A stretch of 64,000 nucleotides of DNA from an uncultured Bdellovibrionales bacterium (GCA_964594215.1 CAZQLN010000002.1:41855-105854); one strand, 5' to 3'. Numbered from the stretch's first letter, positions 52,831-62,715 are shown. Notes: generated by a model not told the origin, from the sequence alone. A program made the numbers and translations.

Positions 52831-54798
52831 ATGCGGAGGGTGAGCCTGTATAGTATTTTCTTTTTGTTTTCCAGTCATATTTTATTTTTCTCTCCTCACT
52901 TTGTTCACGGAGAGACGTCTTTTCCTGTTATTCAGGAAGTACAAATTGCCGGAGAAGTCAGTGATGATGAATTTATTGAACTCTATAATCCTACTGCATC
53001 ACCCATAGACATTAGTGGGTGGCAACTCAGACGTAAAACTGAAAGTGGCAGCGTCAGCTCTATTAAGGTATTTGGTAAAGATACCCTCATTCAACCTCAT
53101 AGTTACTATCTCTGGGCTAACAGCAAAGGTGTCTTCGCTGCTATGGCTGATACGTCTACTAGCTCATCTGCTTTAGCTAATAACAACAGTATCGCTCTCT
53201 ACAACAAAAGTGGCTCCGACGCGATTTTGATTGATAGTCTCACTTGGGGTAAGGGTGCCTTCTTTCGAGAAACTGATTCTTCTCAAATCACTCCTCTTAA
53301 AAATGAAAGCCTCTCTCGAGAAACTTCTGGAACATGGATCATTACCCGACCAAGTGACCCTCAAAATAGCCACGCCAGCCCCTCTCCAAACATTCCCATA
53401 GTCACTCCTCCTGAATCAGAACCTCAGCTACCACCACCCTCGCCAGAGCCGGTTCCTATTCCGGAAACGCCTTTACCAGAGCCGTCTCTTGCTATTCTCC
53501 CCCTCAACACAACTATCTCTATTAATGAACTCCTTCCTAATCCCCTCCCCTCTGAAGAAGAATTCATAGAACTCTATAATAGTGATGAAAAATCTGTAGA
53601 TCTTTCTCTATGGACCCTTCACGATGCCTCCAAAAACGGTAAATATACTTTTCCTCAAAACAGCCTCATTCTTGGGAAGAGTTTTCTTGTAATTCCTAAG
53701 TCTCTTTTTCGCTTCGCTCTCAATAACTCCAACGAAATCCTCTTTCTTCGTGATGCACAAGAACGCCTAGTATTTACTCTCAATTATTCAAAGAGTCTCC
53801 CTGGAGTTTCTCTCAATCGGTCTCTGCCGAATTTTCGTGGCGGCACCCCTACTCCTGGTAAAGAAAATATCCTCAATGATCTTCCTACAACCAAAGAACG
53901 CGTCCCAAAATCAGGCTTTCCAGATATAGCTCTGTCTTTTGATGCTCGTGGCAAAGATAGTGAAGATAGCTCGCTCAAATATGTCTGGGATTTTGGCGAT
54001 GGTCACAAGAGTTATAAAGAAAAGACTACTCACAAGTACCAAGAAACCGGTACATATATTGTGAATCTCACTACCAAAGATAGTCAGGATAGTGTTCAGG
54101 AAACCTTTACTCTCACCATCAAAAAATACACCCCTCCGAAACTCCGGCTCATCGCTTTATCACCAAATCCCGAAGGGGCTGATACTGGCAAAGAATGGGT
54201 AGCTATTCAAAACAAAAGTAAAAAAGAGGTCGATCTCGAGGGTTTCAGTCTCGCCACTGGCACAAAAAGTAAGAAGTTGATTAATCACCCTATCCGAAAA
54301 TCAATTTCTCTAGAACCAGGAGATACTTTGCGTCTTACTCGAGAGCACGCCCTCTTCAGTCTTCCCAATACCAAGGGCTATATAGAGCTTCGTGCTCCCA
54401 ATGGTGATGTCGTAGATAAATTTCACTATCGCGAAGAGAAGTCTCTGGCTGAAAATACGCTCTACCAAAAAGAAAAGGGTGGTCACTGGGCACTTCTTGA
54501 AGAGCCTTCTGTTCTAGGGGTAACTGCTACTTCAGAAGATGCTTCGTCTATTGATACAGAAAGTATGCTCGAGGCAACTCCTCCAGAAGAGCCTAGTCGT
54601 ACCGAGGAAGAAAAGACAAATCTCCGCTCGAGACTGACTCTACTCTTTGCTTCAGAAGATTTCACCAACTACCGAATCGCTTCTGATCAGCCTTTCGCTG
54701 ATAAAAACCCCCACTCTACCGTGACAAAGAAAAAAGACTCTTTCGAGTCCTTACGAGAGAAGCTGAATGCCTCTCTCATTTCCTTATTGTGGCTATAA
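52831..54798 (+). CDS. Secreted lamin-tail-domain (LTD) / PKD-domain surface protein with a Pro-rich linker
   Basis: Signal peptide; three repeats of the LTD signature (VIQEVQIAGEVSDDEFIELYNPT, ISINELLPNP..EEFIELYNSD, LIALSPNPEGADTGKEWVAIQN); PKD-like YVWDFGDGH...TGTYIVNLT; PxP-rich linker at about residues 185-215. Confidence 0.75.
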   Translation: MRRVSLYSIFFLFSSHILFFSPHFVHGETSFPVIQEVQIAGEVSDDEFIELYNPTASPIDISGWQLRRKTESGSVSSIKVFGKDTLIQPHSYYLWANSKGVFAAMADTSTSSSALANNNSIALYNKSGSDAILIDSLTWGKGAFFRETDSSQITPLKNESLSRETSGTWIITRPSDPQNSHASPSPNIPIVTPPESEPQLPPPSPEPVPIPETPLPEPSLAILPLNTTISINELLPNPLPSEEEFIELYNSDEKSVDLSLWTLHDASKNGKYTFPQNSLILGKSFLVIPKSLFRFALNNSNEILFLRDAQERLVFTLNYSKSLPGVSLNRSLPNFRGGTPTPGKENILNDLPTTKERVPKSGFPDIALSFDARGKDSEDSSLKYVWDFGDGHKSYKEKTTHKYQETGTYIVNLTTKDSQDSVQETFTLTIKKYTPPKLRLIALSPNPEGADTGKEWVAIQNKSKKEVDLEGFSLATGTKSKKLINHPIRKSISLEPGDTLRLTREHALFSLPNTKGYIELRAPNGDVVDKFHYREEKSLAENTLYQKEKGGHWALLEEPSVLGVTATSEDASSIDTESMLEATPPEEPSRTEEEKTNLRSRLTLLFASEDFTNYRIASDQPFADKNPHSTVTKKKDSFESLREKLNASLISLLWL

Positions 54799-54799
54799 C

Positions 54800-55486
54800 T
54801 TAAATTACTGGTTCTGGAGTAGCTGCTGGCACCTCTATAGCTGGGGTAGTTTTCGTTCTTGTCTTTGCCCGAACAGTTTCTTTGACTCCATCTTTTTCTT
54901 TCTTGATATGCTCATAGGCCATAGCCATAGCCATAGCTGAAACCGGAATACTGACCAAAAGTCCAACAAGAAGAAGCAATGCTCCGACAAAATTGATCAA
55001 TATCAGAAGGAGGGCGAATCCGAGTAGGTTCCAACGATACCCCTCAGAGAGACGAGAGGCTTCTTTGAGAGCCTCCTGCCAACCGAGTTTCTGATCGACA
55101 AAGACGTATGGCAAAAGCATGAAACGTACGAACACATAAATACCAGGAACGATCAGGAGGATAAAACCAATAACCATCATTATGTAGTAAATGACATTAC
55201 CGATCAGGGCTTGAAGATAAATATCTTTCTGCCCAAGAATTTCTTCGATTTTTCCCTCTTGTCCCGTGCGAATCAATTTGAGGAAAAGAGCAAAAGCTCC
55301 AAGTTCAAAAAATAGAGTCACCACCATAGAGAGTAATGAGATCAGTGCACTATCTCCATTAGGATCAAGGATGCTGAAAACGATCGTCACAAGAACAATA
55401 ACTCCTAAAACCTTCCATGAAAAAACTATATGGTTCTTCCAAAGCTGCCACGCTTGGCTGATGATGTTAGTCGGAGAAAAATTCAT
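54800..55486 (-). CDS. Hypothetical polytopic membrane protein
   Basis: 228 aa, ~6 TM segments, Ala/Thr/Pro-rich tail. Confidence 0.45.
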   Translation of the reverse strand: MNFSPTNIISQAWQLWKNHIVFSWKVLGVIVLVTIVFSILDPNGDSALISLLSMVVTLFFELGAFALFLKLIRTGQEGKIEEILGQKDIYLQALIGNVIYYIMMVIGFILLIVPGIYVFVRFMLLPYVFVDQKLGWQEALKEASRLSEGYRWNLLGFALLLILINFVGALLLLVGLLVSIPVSAMAMAMAYEHIKKEKDGVKETVRAKTRTKTTPAIEVPAATPEPVI

Positions 55487-55629
55487 ATTACTATTTATAT
55501 GTTATTTAGAGAAAGATACCTCTTTCTAACTCTAGTATAGAAAGGAAAAAACCCTTTGTAAAGCGTTGTCAATGGGAGAAGGCTCTGGTAAACTAGGATG
55601 GTATTACTCATTAAATCACTCTTCTCAAC

Positions 55630-57036
55630 ATGGATTCTCTTTCAAAAAAGAAAAGGTTTATCTTTGGCGGTATTTTTCTCCTTATTCTTAGCCTTATTGG
55701 AGTATTTTTTTACGCCAAAAACAACAAAACTGAATTCGCCGCTGGTACCTTGGGTCTCTTCCAAAAAGTCTCCAAGCTCCTTCCCATTTCACCTGATACC
55801 AAAAAAGAGATAGCTGTAGTCGATACCCTTGTTTCTGAACTGACCAAAAAAGATGGTGTTACTCGTACCTATCTGGTGATGCTGCAGAATAACTATGAGC
55901 TGCGTCCGGGTGGCGGTTTCTTGGGACAATACGCCGTAGTTAAGGTCAAAGATGGAGTTGTCCTTTCGCAAACCTTCGAGGATGCTAACCTTCTTGATCA
56001 ACGCATCAATGCCAAAATCACTCCACCAACTCCCCTGACTCGCAAAATGCAGATCAAGAAATGGAAATTTCGTGATTCTAACTTTTCCCCAGACTTTCCC
56101 ACTAACGTAGAGAAGGCTGAGTATTTCTATCGCCTCGCTGGTGGCCATGAAAAATTTGATGGTGTGGTAGCGGTTAATACCGACGTTTTCAATCATATTC
56201 TTGACCTCACCGGACCAATCACTCCATCTGGTTACTCGACTACCTTCAGTGGTGCTGATGGAGCACTTAAACTCGAAGAGGTTGTCGAAAAAAATTATCT
56301 TGGCGAAGACGTAGCTGCTGCCGTCAAACAAAATCGTAAGGCCATCATGAAAGTCCTCACTGCTGAGATTATTAACAAGCTCACCACCCTCAACAATATT
56401 CCTAAACTTGCAGAACTTGGCCTAAGTGAACTCCGTAACAAAAATGTGATGGTGCATTTCACTGATCCTAATCTTCAAGCCCAAGTAGAAAGTGTCCATT
56501 GGGATGGCAGTGTGGTCAAGGATTGGAGTGGTGACTATCTCATGTTTGTTGATGCTAATCTCGGTGCTCTCAAAACCGATTACTATGTGAAGCGTCGTAT
56601 CGACTACACCGTTGATTTTACTGGAGAGAAACCAATCGCTACCGCTATCTACACCTACAAGAACACTGCTCCTTACGGAGATTGGCGTACCAGTGATTAC
56701 CACACCTACTTAAGAGCTTATACCCCGCTAGGATCTAAATATCTTGAGCGCTTCATGATCAATGCTGTTGCCCCAGGAGAAGACCTTAATCACACCTTTT
56801 TTGGGGGTTATGTGGATGTCGAAATTGGCCAAAGTGATGTCACGACTACCCTTAAATATGAACTCCCTGATACAATCAAACCAGACAACTATACCCTCCT
56901 TATTCAAAAGCAATCTGGTATCGGTATTATCCCCACTAAAGTCAAAGTGATCACCAAAAACAAAACCTACGAACACGAGACGGATCTCGTCAAAGACCTC
57001 AATTTCTCTTTTCAAGAGATAGAAGAAAAACAGTAA
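55630..57036 (+). CDS. DUF4012-domain protein (N-terminal TM; cell-envelope associated)
   Basis: LVMLQNNYELRPGGGFLGQYAVVKV matches the conserved QNNxExRPxGG core of DUF4012. Confidence 0.65.
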   Translation: MDSLSKKKRFIFGGIFLLILSLIGVFFYAKNNKTEFAAGTLGLFQKVSKLLPISPDTKKEIAVVDTLVSELTKKDGVTRTYLVMLQNNYELRPGGGFLGQYAVVKVKDGVVLSQTFEDANLLDQRINAKITPPTPLTRKMQIKKWKFRDSNFSPDFPTNVEKAEYFYRLAGGHEKFDGVVAVNTDVFNHILDLTGPITPSGYSTTFSGADGALKLEEVVEKNYLGEDVAAAVKQNRKAIMKVLTAEIINKLTTLNNIPKLAELGLSELRNKNVMVHFTDPNLQAQVESVHWDGSVVKDWSGDYLMFVDANLGALKTDYYVKRRIDYTVDFTGEKPIATAIYTYKNTAPYGDWRTSDYHTYLRAYTPLGSKYLERFMINAVAPGEDLNHTFFGGYVDVEIGQSDVTTTLKYELPDTIKPDNYTLLIQKQSGIGIIPTKVKVITKNKTYEHETDLVKDLNFSFQEIEEKQ

Positions 57037-57048
57037 CCTAGATATTCT

Positions 57049-58317
57049 ATGACATCCCCTGATGAAAAAAACCTTGAAGAAGTAGCTTCTCTCGCACCAA
57101 ACGACCATCGTCGACTTGGTAAGGAGCTTGACCTTTTTACTTTTTCCGACTTAGTTGGTACTGGCCTTCCGCTCTGGCTCCCAAAGGGTGCCACCGTCAG
57201 GCGTATTCTTGAGCGTTTTGTGACAGACACAGAGATCGCATGGGGTTACGAACATGTTTATACTCCGGACATTGCAAAGCTTGATCTCTACAAAACTTCT
57301 GGTCACTATCCTTACTACAAGGATTCTATGTATGCTCCTATTGTTATCGATGAGCATGAATTCATGTTGCGTCCAATGACGTGTCCACATCACTTCCAGC
57401 TCTACGCCGATCGACCAAGAAGTTATCGTGAACTCCCCATGCGTATAGCTGAGTTAGCCAAACTCTATCGTTATGAAGGCTCCGGTGAACTTGCTGGCTT
57501 AGTACGTGTTCGCAGTTTCTGCCTTGCCGATGCTCATATTATTTGTCAGGACAAAGATCAGGCTTCTCTAGAAGTCGTTAGGGCTTTAGATCTGATAGAG
57601 TACATCTCTGGTGTCTTTGGTCTCACCTTAGGTGAAGACTACTGGTACCGCCTCTCACTCGGAGATCGTACTGACGAGAAGAAATACTACAAAAATGATG
57701 TGGCCTGGGACGAGGGAGAAGAGATGCTCCGTCAAGTTCTTAAAAAGCGTAAGGGTAGTTTCGTCGAAGCAGAGGGTGAGGCAGCTTTTTATGGCCCAAA
57801 AATCGATGTGCAAATGAAAGATGCGCGTGGCAAAGAAAATACTGCTTTCACTGTCCAGTACGATTTCTGTATGCCAGATCGTTTCAATCTCACTTATATA
57901 GATGCCGATAATACAGAGAAGCGTCCCCTTGTCATCCATCGTTCTTCTATTGGAGCCGTTGAACGAGTCATGGCCTTTCTCATTGAAAAGTACGCTGGCG
58001 CTTTTCCACTTTGGCTCGCGCCGGTGCAAGTTATCCTGCTACCAGTTAGTGAAAAATTCTTAGAGGCTACTTCGACACTCGAAAAGGTTCTTCGTGACAA
58101 TGATATCCGTACCGAAGTAGATGCTAGTAATGAATCACTTGGTAAACGTATCCGCAATGCCAAGACAAGTAAGGTGCCGTACGTATTGGTCATTGGCGAA
58201 AAAGAAAGTAACGGCGAGCCTCTCACTCTTGAAGGGCGAGGTGATGAGAAAATCTCTTGTGCTCATATCCACGAAGCAGTAGACTTCCTCCAAAATAAAA
58301 TTCGTACGCGTGACTAG
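57049..58317 (+). CDS. thrS: Threonyl-tRNA synthetase, catalytic plus anticodon-binding domains only (the N-terminal TGS/editing domains are absent)
   Basis: HRRLGKELDLF..., FMLRPMTCPHHFQLY, RVRSFCLADAHIIC class-II motifs with Zn ligands; 422 aa against ~640. Confidence 0.88.
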   Translation: MTSPDEKNLEEVASLAPNDHRRLGKELDLFTFSDLVGTGLPLWLPKGATVRRILERFVTDTEIAWGYEHVYTPDIAKLDLYKTSGHYPYYKDSMYAPIVIDEHEFMLRPMTCPHHFQLYADRPRSYRELPMRIAELAKLYRYEGSGELAGLVRVRSFCLADAHIICQDKDQASLEVVRALDLIEYISGVFGLTLGEDYWYRLSLGDRTDEKKYYKNDVAWDEGEEMLRQVLKKRKGSFVEAEGEAAFYGPKIDVQMKDARGKENTAFTVQYDFCMPDRFNLTYIDADNTEKRPLVIHRSSIGAVERVMAFLIEKYAGAFPLWLAPVQVILLPVSEKFLEATSTLEKVLRDNDIRTEVDASNESLGKRIRNAKTSKVPYVLVIGEKESNGEPLTLEGRGDEKISCAHIHEAVDFLQNKIRTRD

Positions 58318-58332
58318 TTATCACTGGTAATA

Positions 58333-58362
58333 AAAACATCCTCTTATAAGAGGATGTTTTTT
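58333..58362. terminator. Bidirectional terminator between thrS and the RNHCP gene
   Basis: AAAACATCCTCTT-ata-AAGAGGATGTTTT, a 13-bp stem with flanking A/T. Confidence 0.7.
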
Positions 58363-58364
58363 GT

Positions 58365-58685
58365 TTAGCTTCTGCCGCTTTCTTTATCCGCGAGACTTTT
58401 AGCGAGAGCATAGAGAGCCCCCCTCTCGTCTTCGTCCTGGACAACATTGGTCTTCCGGTAACCGCACGTTTCACACTGGTGAATCAATTTCTGTTCCCCA
58501 TTTTTCATTTCAATAGCTACCGGATACATCAGTCCTCCGCATCCACTAGCTCGATCTCCTGGAAACACATCTACATGCTTGCTTGCAAGGCACTTCGGAC
58601 AATGATTTGTATAGCCATTACCAATAACTTTTTCTCCGCAGGCCTCGCAAATAAAATCTTCGACTATCTTCTGAAACTGTTTCAT
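58365..58685 (-). CDS. RNHCP-domain zinc-ribbon protein
   Basis: CEACGEKVIGNGYTNHCPKC ... HQCETCGYRKT; contains the literal NHCP motif. Confidence 0.6.
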   Translation of the reverse strand: MKQFQKIVEDFICEACGEKVIGNGYTNHCPKCLASKHVDVFPGDRASGCGGLMYPVAIEMKNGEQKLIHQCETCGYRKTNVVQDEDERGALYALAKSLADKESGRS

Positions 58686-58690
58686 ATTTT

Positions 58691-59983
58691 CTATTTTTCT
58701 CTCTTCTCAAAAATTTGATTAATCCCGTCTTCATCCCCACAACTATACTTGCGGCTCGCTGAGTAGAATCTATCCTTGGGTCCACTACAACCACCATTAT
58801 CTTCATGAAGGGTGGCCAACATTGGCATGAGGAAACCGATATCTTGAGAACGAAAAGAGGTGTAGAGCTTCTCGAGAATGCCTTTTCTTTCACTTTTTTC
58901 CATTCGGGTGAAGACACTCATGTCATCTCCTACCTTACCACTCCAGTCAAGATGGACAAACACATTATTCGCTTTGCTCTTAAACTCAGGATGCCAGAGG
59001 AGAGCCCAGCACCAGTCTCCTGGCTTGTGATACCATCTTGAGAAACAAGGCCCGTCCTCGACAGCACCGTCATGATGCAGCCCTACTCCCCCTTCGATAA
59101 AATCAAACTGACGTAAATAGGCTTCATCCTCTATATCATTGGTCTGAGCTCCAATCACTATTTCCATACCACGAAACTGTGCATACTCACGCATATGTGC
59201 CAGTACTTCAGCCATATGCCCATCTTTACCTCGAGAAGGATCCTGATAAAAGACTTGCCCAAAAAGAAAACTCTGAATACCCATATTCATAGCCTCCTCA
59301 GTGATGTAAAACAGGTATTCGCGATACTCTTTTTTCTCTACTGATGGCTTGCAACTATGTTCTCCCCATACGTTTTTACTCCCCTCACGACACATCTTAC
59401 GAAATTCGAAGTTCCTGTCTTCGGCTGGAAACCGATACTCTTTATTAGTACGCAAAGCTTCTGCGATAAACATACCGTAGACCGTATTGGGCTTAGTTAC
59501 CTGTGCTTGAATTTCTCGAGCCCGTTCAAAATCCGGTGGCTCAAGCCAGGTTTCCAAAGCTCGGTGAAGATAGTAACATTGGGAACGATTGATAAGGGCA
59601 ATCGAGCTATTGCGATCTCCTCCATAAGCAGACAGAAACCCATCAGCTACACAGCCCTTACTCTTCATACGTTCCATACTGGGCTTAGGTGGCGGCGGGA
59701 GAATCGGAAGCGTTTTATCATTTTTGTTATCATTCTCTTCTGGTTCATAGAAACCAGCACTTCCAACGATTTCTTCTTCTGGCCCTACTATCTCTAGCGA
59801 CAATGGCGCTTGATCATGCGTAGTAGCTACTTTACTTTCCGGAACAGGCCCCGGCTTTCCTAAAACAAACCAAGAAAGTGACCCTACAAAAACCAAGCTC
59901 GATATACTACCACTCAAAAGCAAAACCTTTTTCTTATCAAAGCGTGCTCTATCTTGATTTTGATTGAGACTGAAGTTTTCCAT
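58691..59983 (-). CDS. Hypothetical membrane-anchored, Cys-rich exported protein (430 aa)
   Basis: N-terminal signal anchor (LLLSGSISSLVFVGSLSWFVL), PPPPKP linker, eight Cys in the extracytoplasmic part; no family recognised; 5-nt gap to the RNHCP ORF. Confidence 0.5.
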   Translation of the reverse strand: MENFSLNQNQDRARFDKKKVLLLSGSISSLVFVGSLSWFVLGKPGPVPESKVATTHDQAPLSLEIVGPEEEIVGSAGFYEPEENDNKNDKTLPILPPPPKPSMERMKSKGCVADGFLSAYGGDRNSSIALINRSQCYYLHRALETWLEPPDFERAREIQAQVTKPNTVYGMFIAEALRTNKEYRFPAEDRNFEFRKMCREGSKNVWGEHSCKPSVEKKEYREYLFYITEEAMNMGIQSFLFGQVFYQDPSRGKDGHMAEVLAHMREYAQFRGMEIVIGAQTNDIEDEAYLRQFDFIEGGVGLHHDGAVEDGPCFSRWYHKPGDWCWALLWHPEFKSKANNVFVHLDWSGKVGDDMSVFTRMEKSERKGILEKLYTSFRSQDIGFLMPMLATLHEDNGGCSGPKDRFYSASRKYSCGDEDGINQIFEKREK

Positions 59984-60154
59984 ACTCGTAGTACTACTAG
60001 TATAGCATCTACAAGTTTTTATATCGGGAAGAAATTATAGAAGAACCCTACACTATTTTTTGGAACATTTAGACTATTGACTTACTCTATTTTTTGTGCT
60101 ATAAATGTAAGTTCTTTACCAATTTAATCCCCCTAAAAGAAATGGAGATTCTCA

Positions 60155-61375
60155 ATGAAAAAACCCTCTCATCCAGAGGTTTTTGATCGTCTTGATCAGG
60201 CCTACCGCTATTGGGAAGAAGAGATGTGGCGGAAAAAAATTCTACGAAGTCTTTTTACGCTTAATGATGCTGGCTACCTGCCAGACATTACTGAAAAGGG
60301 CTATCCCGTGGACGGACATGAAGATACACGCACTATGCTACTTGAAGCAGCTACTCGCGAAGATCTTTCCTATCTGCTACCAGCCTTCCGAAGCCAAGGT
60401 ATAGAAACCAAACCCGCCTACAAAGAGGATGGGGGTCTGTCTCCGGAATCAAAGGCATCCGTCTATTGGAATGAGTTTCATTTTCCATATTACCTCGGTG
60501 AATGGAATGCTCAATCACGCCGCATCTATTACCTTCCTCGAGATTTGATTCTGATGCTCCAAGCTACTAGTCTCAAAGGGTACACGTTTCGGGATATACA
60601 CTATCCCTTACCCTCTTTTGCTCTTGCTCTTGAATATCCAATTACGGCTGGAAATGAAGAGCTCGACTTTTTTCTCTTTAGTGGGAAAAGGGATCCGGAA
60701 GTTTTCTACGGCTTTTCAAGAAAGTTTCGCGGATGGAGGCCTATTGATCCAACCGTCCGGCAAAAAATAAACAAAGCTGTGCGTGATGGTAACAGAGAAC
60801 GTCTACTTGGTATAGGACGTAAGATCATTAAGCAAGTTCCCTTTGGTGCTCATATTGATATGTGGACTTCGCGTCCCTGGCTGTCATCAGTAGACGGTGA
60901 TCCAGATGTTGATATTGAAAAAGATATGAAAGCTGCCATGCATGCACCAGGAGCACTTCCTTCAGAAGACTGGACAGATAAGCTTTTTCGAGTCGTTCTG
61001 GGCTTCACTTTCTATCTTCAGGCTTTTCAAGAATCCCATAAGGATCTCGTTCAGCGAGTATCCGTTGATTACCAAAGACCTCAGCCCACCTCATTTGGAA
61101 AAGCTATCGTTTCTCCTGAGGATGTCTTTCGGGTTCAAAGTCTCTTTGAGCTTTCTTCTGAAGAAAGGATTGGACTTACCAACTATTTCTCTGGAAGGGG
61201 TGGTTGGGAAATTAATACTCACTTCCGTGAAGGGCATTGGCGCAGACCTCCAGGTGAAGGTGGTAATCCCCTAGCTCAAAAGACCATATGGGTTCGTCCC
61301 ACTATGGTGCGGAGAGACAGGCTACCTGAAAACTGTCTCCCTATGGGATCATCAAAAATGATACCCTCTGCCTAA
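60155..61375 (+). CDS. Hypothetical cytoplasmic protein (406 aa)
   Basis: No signal peptide or TM; no recognisable motif; strong terminator follows. Confidence 0.5.
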   Translation: MKKPSHPEVFDRLDQAYRYWEEEMWRKKILRSLFTLNDAGYLPDITEKGYPVDGHEDTRTMLLEAATREDLSYLLPAFRSQGIETKPAYKEDGGLSPESKASVYWNEFHFPYYLGEWNAQSRRIYYLPRDLILMLQATSLKGYTFRDIHYPLPSFALALEYPITAGNEELDFFLFSGKRDPEVFYGFSRKFRGWRPIDPTVRQKINKAVRDGNRERLLGIGRKIIKQVPFGAHIDMWTSRPWLSSVDGDPDVDIEKDMKAAMHAPGALPSEDWTDKLFRVVLGFTFYLQAFQESHKDLVQRVSVDYQRPQPTSFGKAIVSPEDVFRVQSLFELSSEERIGLTNYFSGRGGWEINTHFREGHWRRPPGEGGNPLAQKTIWVRPTMVRRDRLPENCLPMGSSKMIPSA

Positions 61376-61391
61376 ATGGACAGACAAACTT

Positions 61392-61437
61392 AAGCCGCGT
61401 TTTTATGAAACACTCCATAAAAACGCGGCTTTTATTT
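61392..61437 (+). terminator. Terminator after the 406-aa hypothetical gene
   Basis: AAGCCGCGTTTTTAT-gaaacactcc-ATAAAAACGCGGCTT followed by T-rich sequence. Confidence 0.65.
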
Positions 61438-61496
61438 TATTGTTTTTCAGAGTATGAGGAGTATAATAAAAGTGCCAATTATCAATACATCATTTT

Positions 61497-61847
61497 ATGC
61501 ATATTGCTTCAAGGATCCTCAAGCTGTTACTAGCAGTCTGGTATATAACGGGTGGTATTTATATGATGAGTCATCATCAAGAGCTCGCTACCATGTGGGC
61601 TTTGAACTCTTTGCCAGAAGCTATTTGGTTGATCATAGGTATATTCCAAATAGTATTTTCCTTAGGTCTAGTTTTACCTGGTATATTTAAGGTAATCCCT
61701 AAACAGATAACTCTTATTTCATCAGTGGGTCTCATAGTAATCTCATTGCTTGGTCTTGTTCTCTATAGCGCATACAGTGGTTTTCCAGGAGCCCTTTGGG
61801 CTATAGTGCCCGCCATCTTAGTGGCTTATATAGGCTGTAAAAGATAG
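61497..61847 (+). CDS. Hypothetical small membrane protein (3-4 TM)
   Basis: 116 aa hydrophobic ORF, start uncertain. Confidence 0.4.
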   Translation: MHIASRILKLLLAVWYITGGIYMMSHHQELATMWALNSLPEAIWLIIGIFQIVFSLGLVLPGIFKVIPKQITLISSVGLIVISLLGLVLYSAYSGFPGALWAIVPAILVAYIGCKR

Positions 61848-61875
61848 TCTGTTTACTTGATACCCTATAAAACCA

Positions 61876-61906
61876 AAATCACTCCTAATTAAGAGTGATT
61901 TTTAGT
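61876..61906. terminator. Bidirectional terminator between the small membrane ORF and yhhQ
   Basis: AAATCACTC-ctaattaa-GAGTGATTT-T4. Confidence 0.6.
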
Positions 61907-61932
61907 TTTTATTCTCCCTTACGAAATTGGAG

Positions 61933-62667
61933 TTACCTTAGAACAAAGGGGTTGAAATCAGTATCTTTATCATAATAATCCTCATCCTCAAGCCTCTTTA
62001 GTTTGTTGATCACATAATATGTCCACGGTGTAAATAAAACCTCGATAATTACCTTGAGAACCCAACCCGTAATTACTGAAGCTACAAGTAGACCGGTGGG
62101 TATGATGCCATACAAGGCAATAATGTAAAAAAGGGCTGTGTTAAGAAATTCTCCTACAATAGTAGAGCCAATGGTACGTGTCCATAAATATTTTCCGTTT
62201 GTCCAGATCTTCATCTTAGCTAGTACGTAGTCATTGGCAATTCCTCCAACCCATACAGCAATCCATCCTCCAAGTAAGATACGAGGTACTGATCCAAGAA
62301 CTCGAGTGTACGCTTCATTGGCTTCAAATCCAGCTGCTGGCGGAAGCCAAACTACTAACTGATACACAAGACCCGCTACTAATGAGCAAAAGAATACGTT
62401 CCAAAGTAACTTTCGGGCTTTTGTATAGCCATAAACTTCAGTCACTACGTCAGCTAAAACATAGGTTATAGGAAAATAAAGAACTGTTACAGAGACTGGA
62501 AAAGTAAATAATGTGATAATCTTCCCAGCACTTACATCTGAAATCAACTGAAATGTAATATAGAGAGTTGTGATAAGACCGAGATATCTGTACTGCTTCA
62601 TGACAATACTATTAATTAACTCCATACTAACACCATACTTATTCCTCTGCCAATAATAAAAACTCAT
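61933..62667 (-). CDS. yhhQ: Queuosine-precursor transporter YhhQ family (DUF165/VUT)
   Basis: YFPITYVLADVVTEVYGY..., WTRTIGSTIVGEFLNTALFY conserved core; ~6 TM. Confidence 0.75.
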   Translation of the reverse strand: MSFYYWQRNKYGVSMELINSIVMKQYRYLGLITTLYITFQLISDVSAGKIITLFTFPVSVTVLYFPITYVLADVVTEVYGYTKARKLLWNVFFCSLVAGLVYQLVVWLPPAAGFEANEAYTRVLGSVPRILLGGWIAVWVGGIANDYVLAKMKIWTNGKYLWTRTIGSTIVGEFLNTALFYIIALYGIIPTGLLVASVITGWVLKVIIEVLFTPWTYYVINKLKRLEDEDYYDKDTDFNPFVLR

Positions 62668-62695
62668 TATAAAAAGCTGGTTTTTTCTTTTGATG

Positions 62696-62715
62696 AGCAG
62701 GTAAGGGGAATGAAC
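62696..62715. repeat. Partial duplicate of the tRNA-Gly 3' end (about 20 of 21 nt, 1 gap)
   Basis: AGCAGGTAAGGGGAAT-GAAC compared with AGCGGGTAAGGGGAATCGAAC at 62871-62891. Confidence 0.55.
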
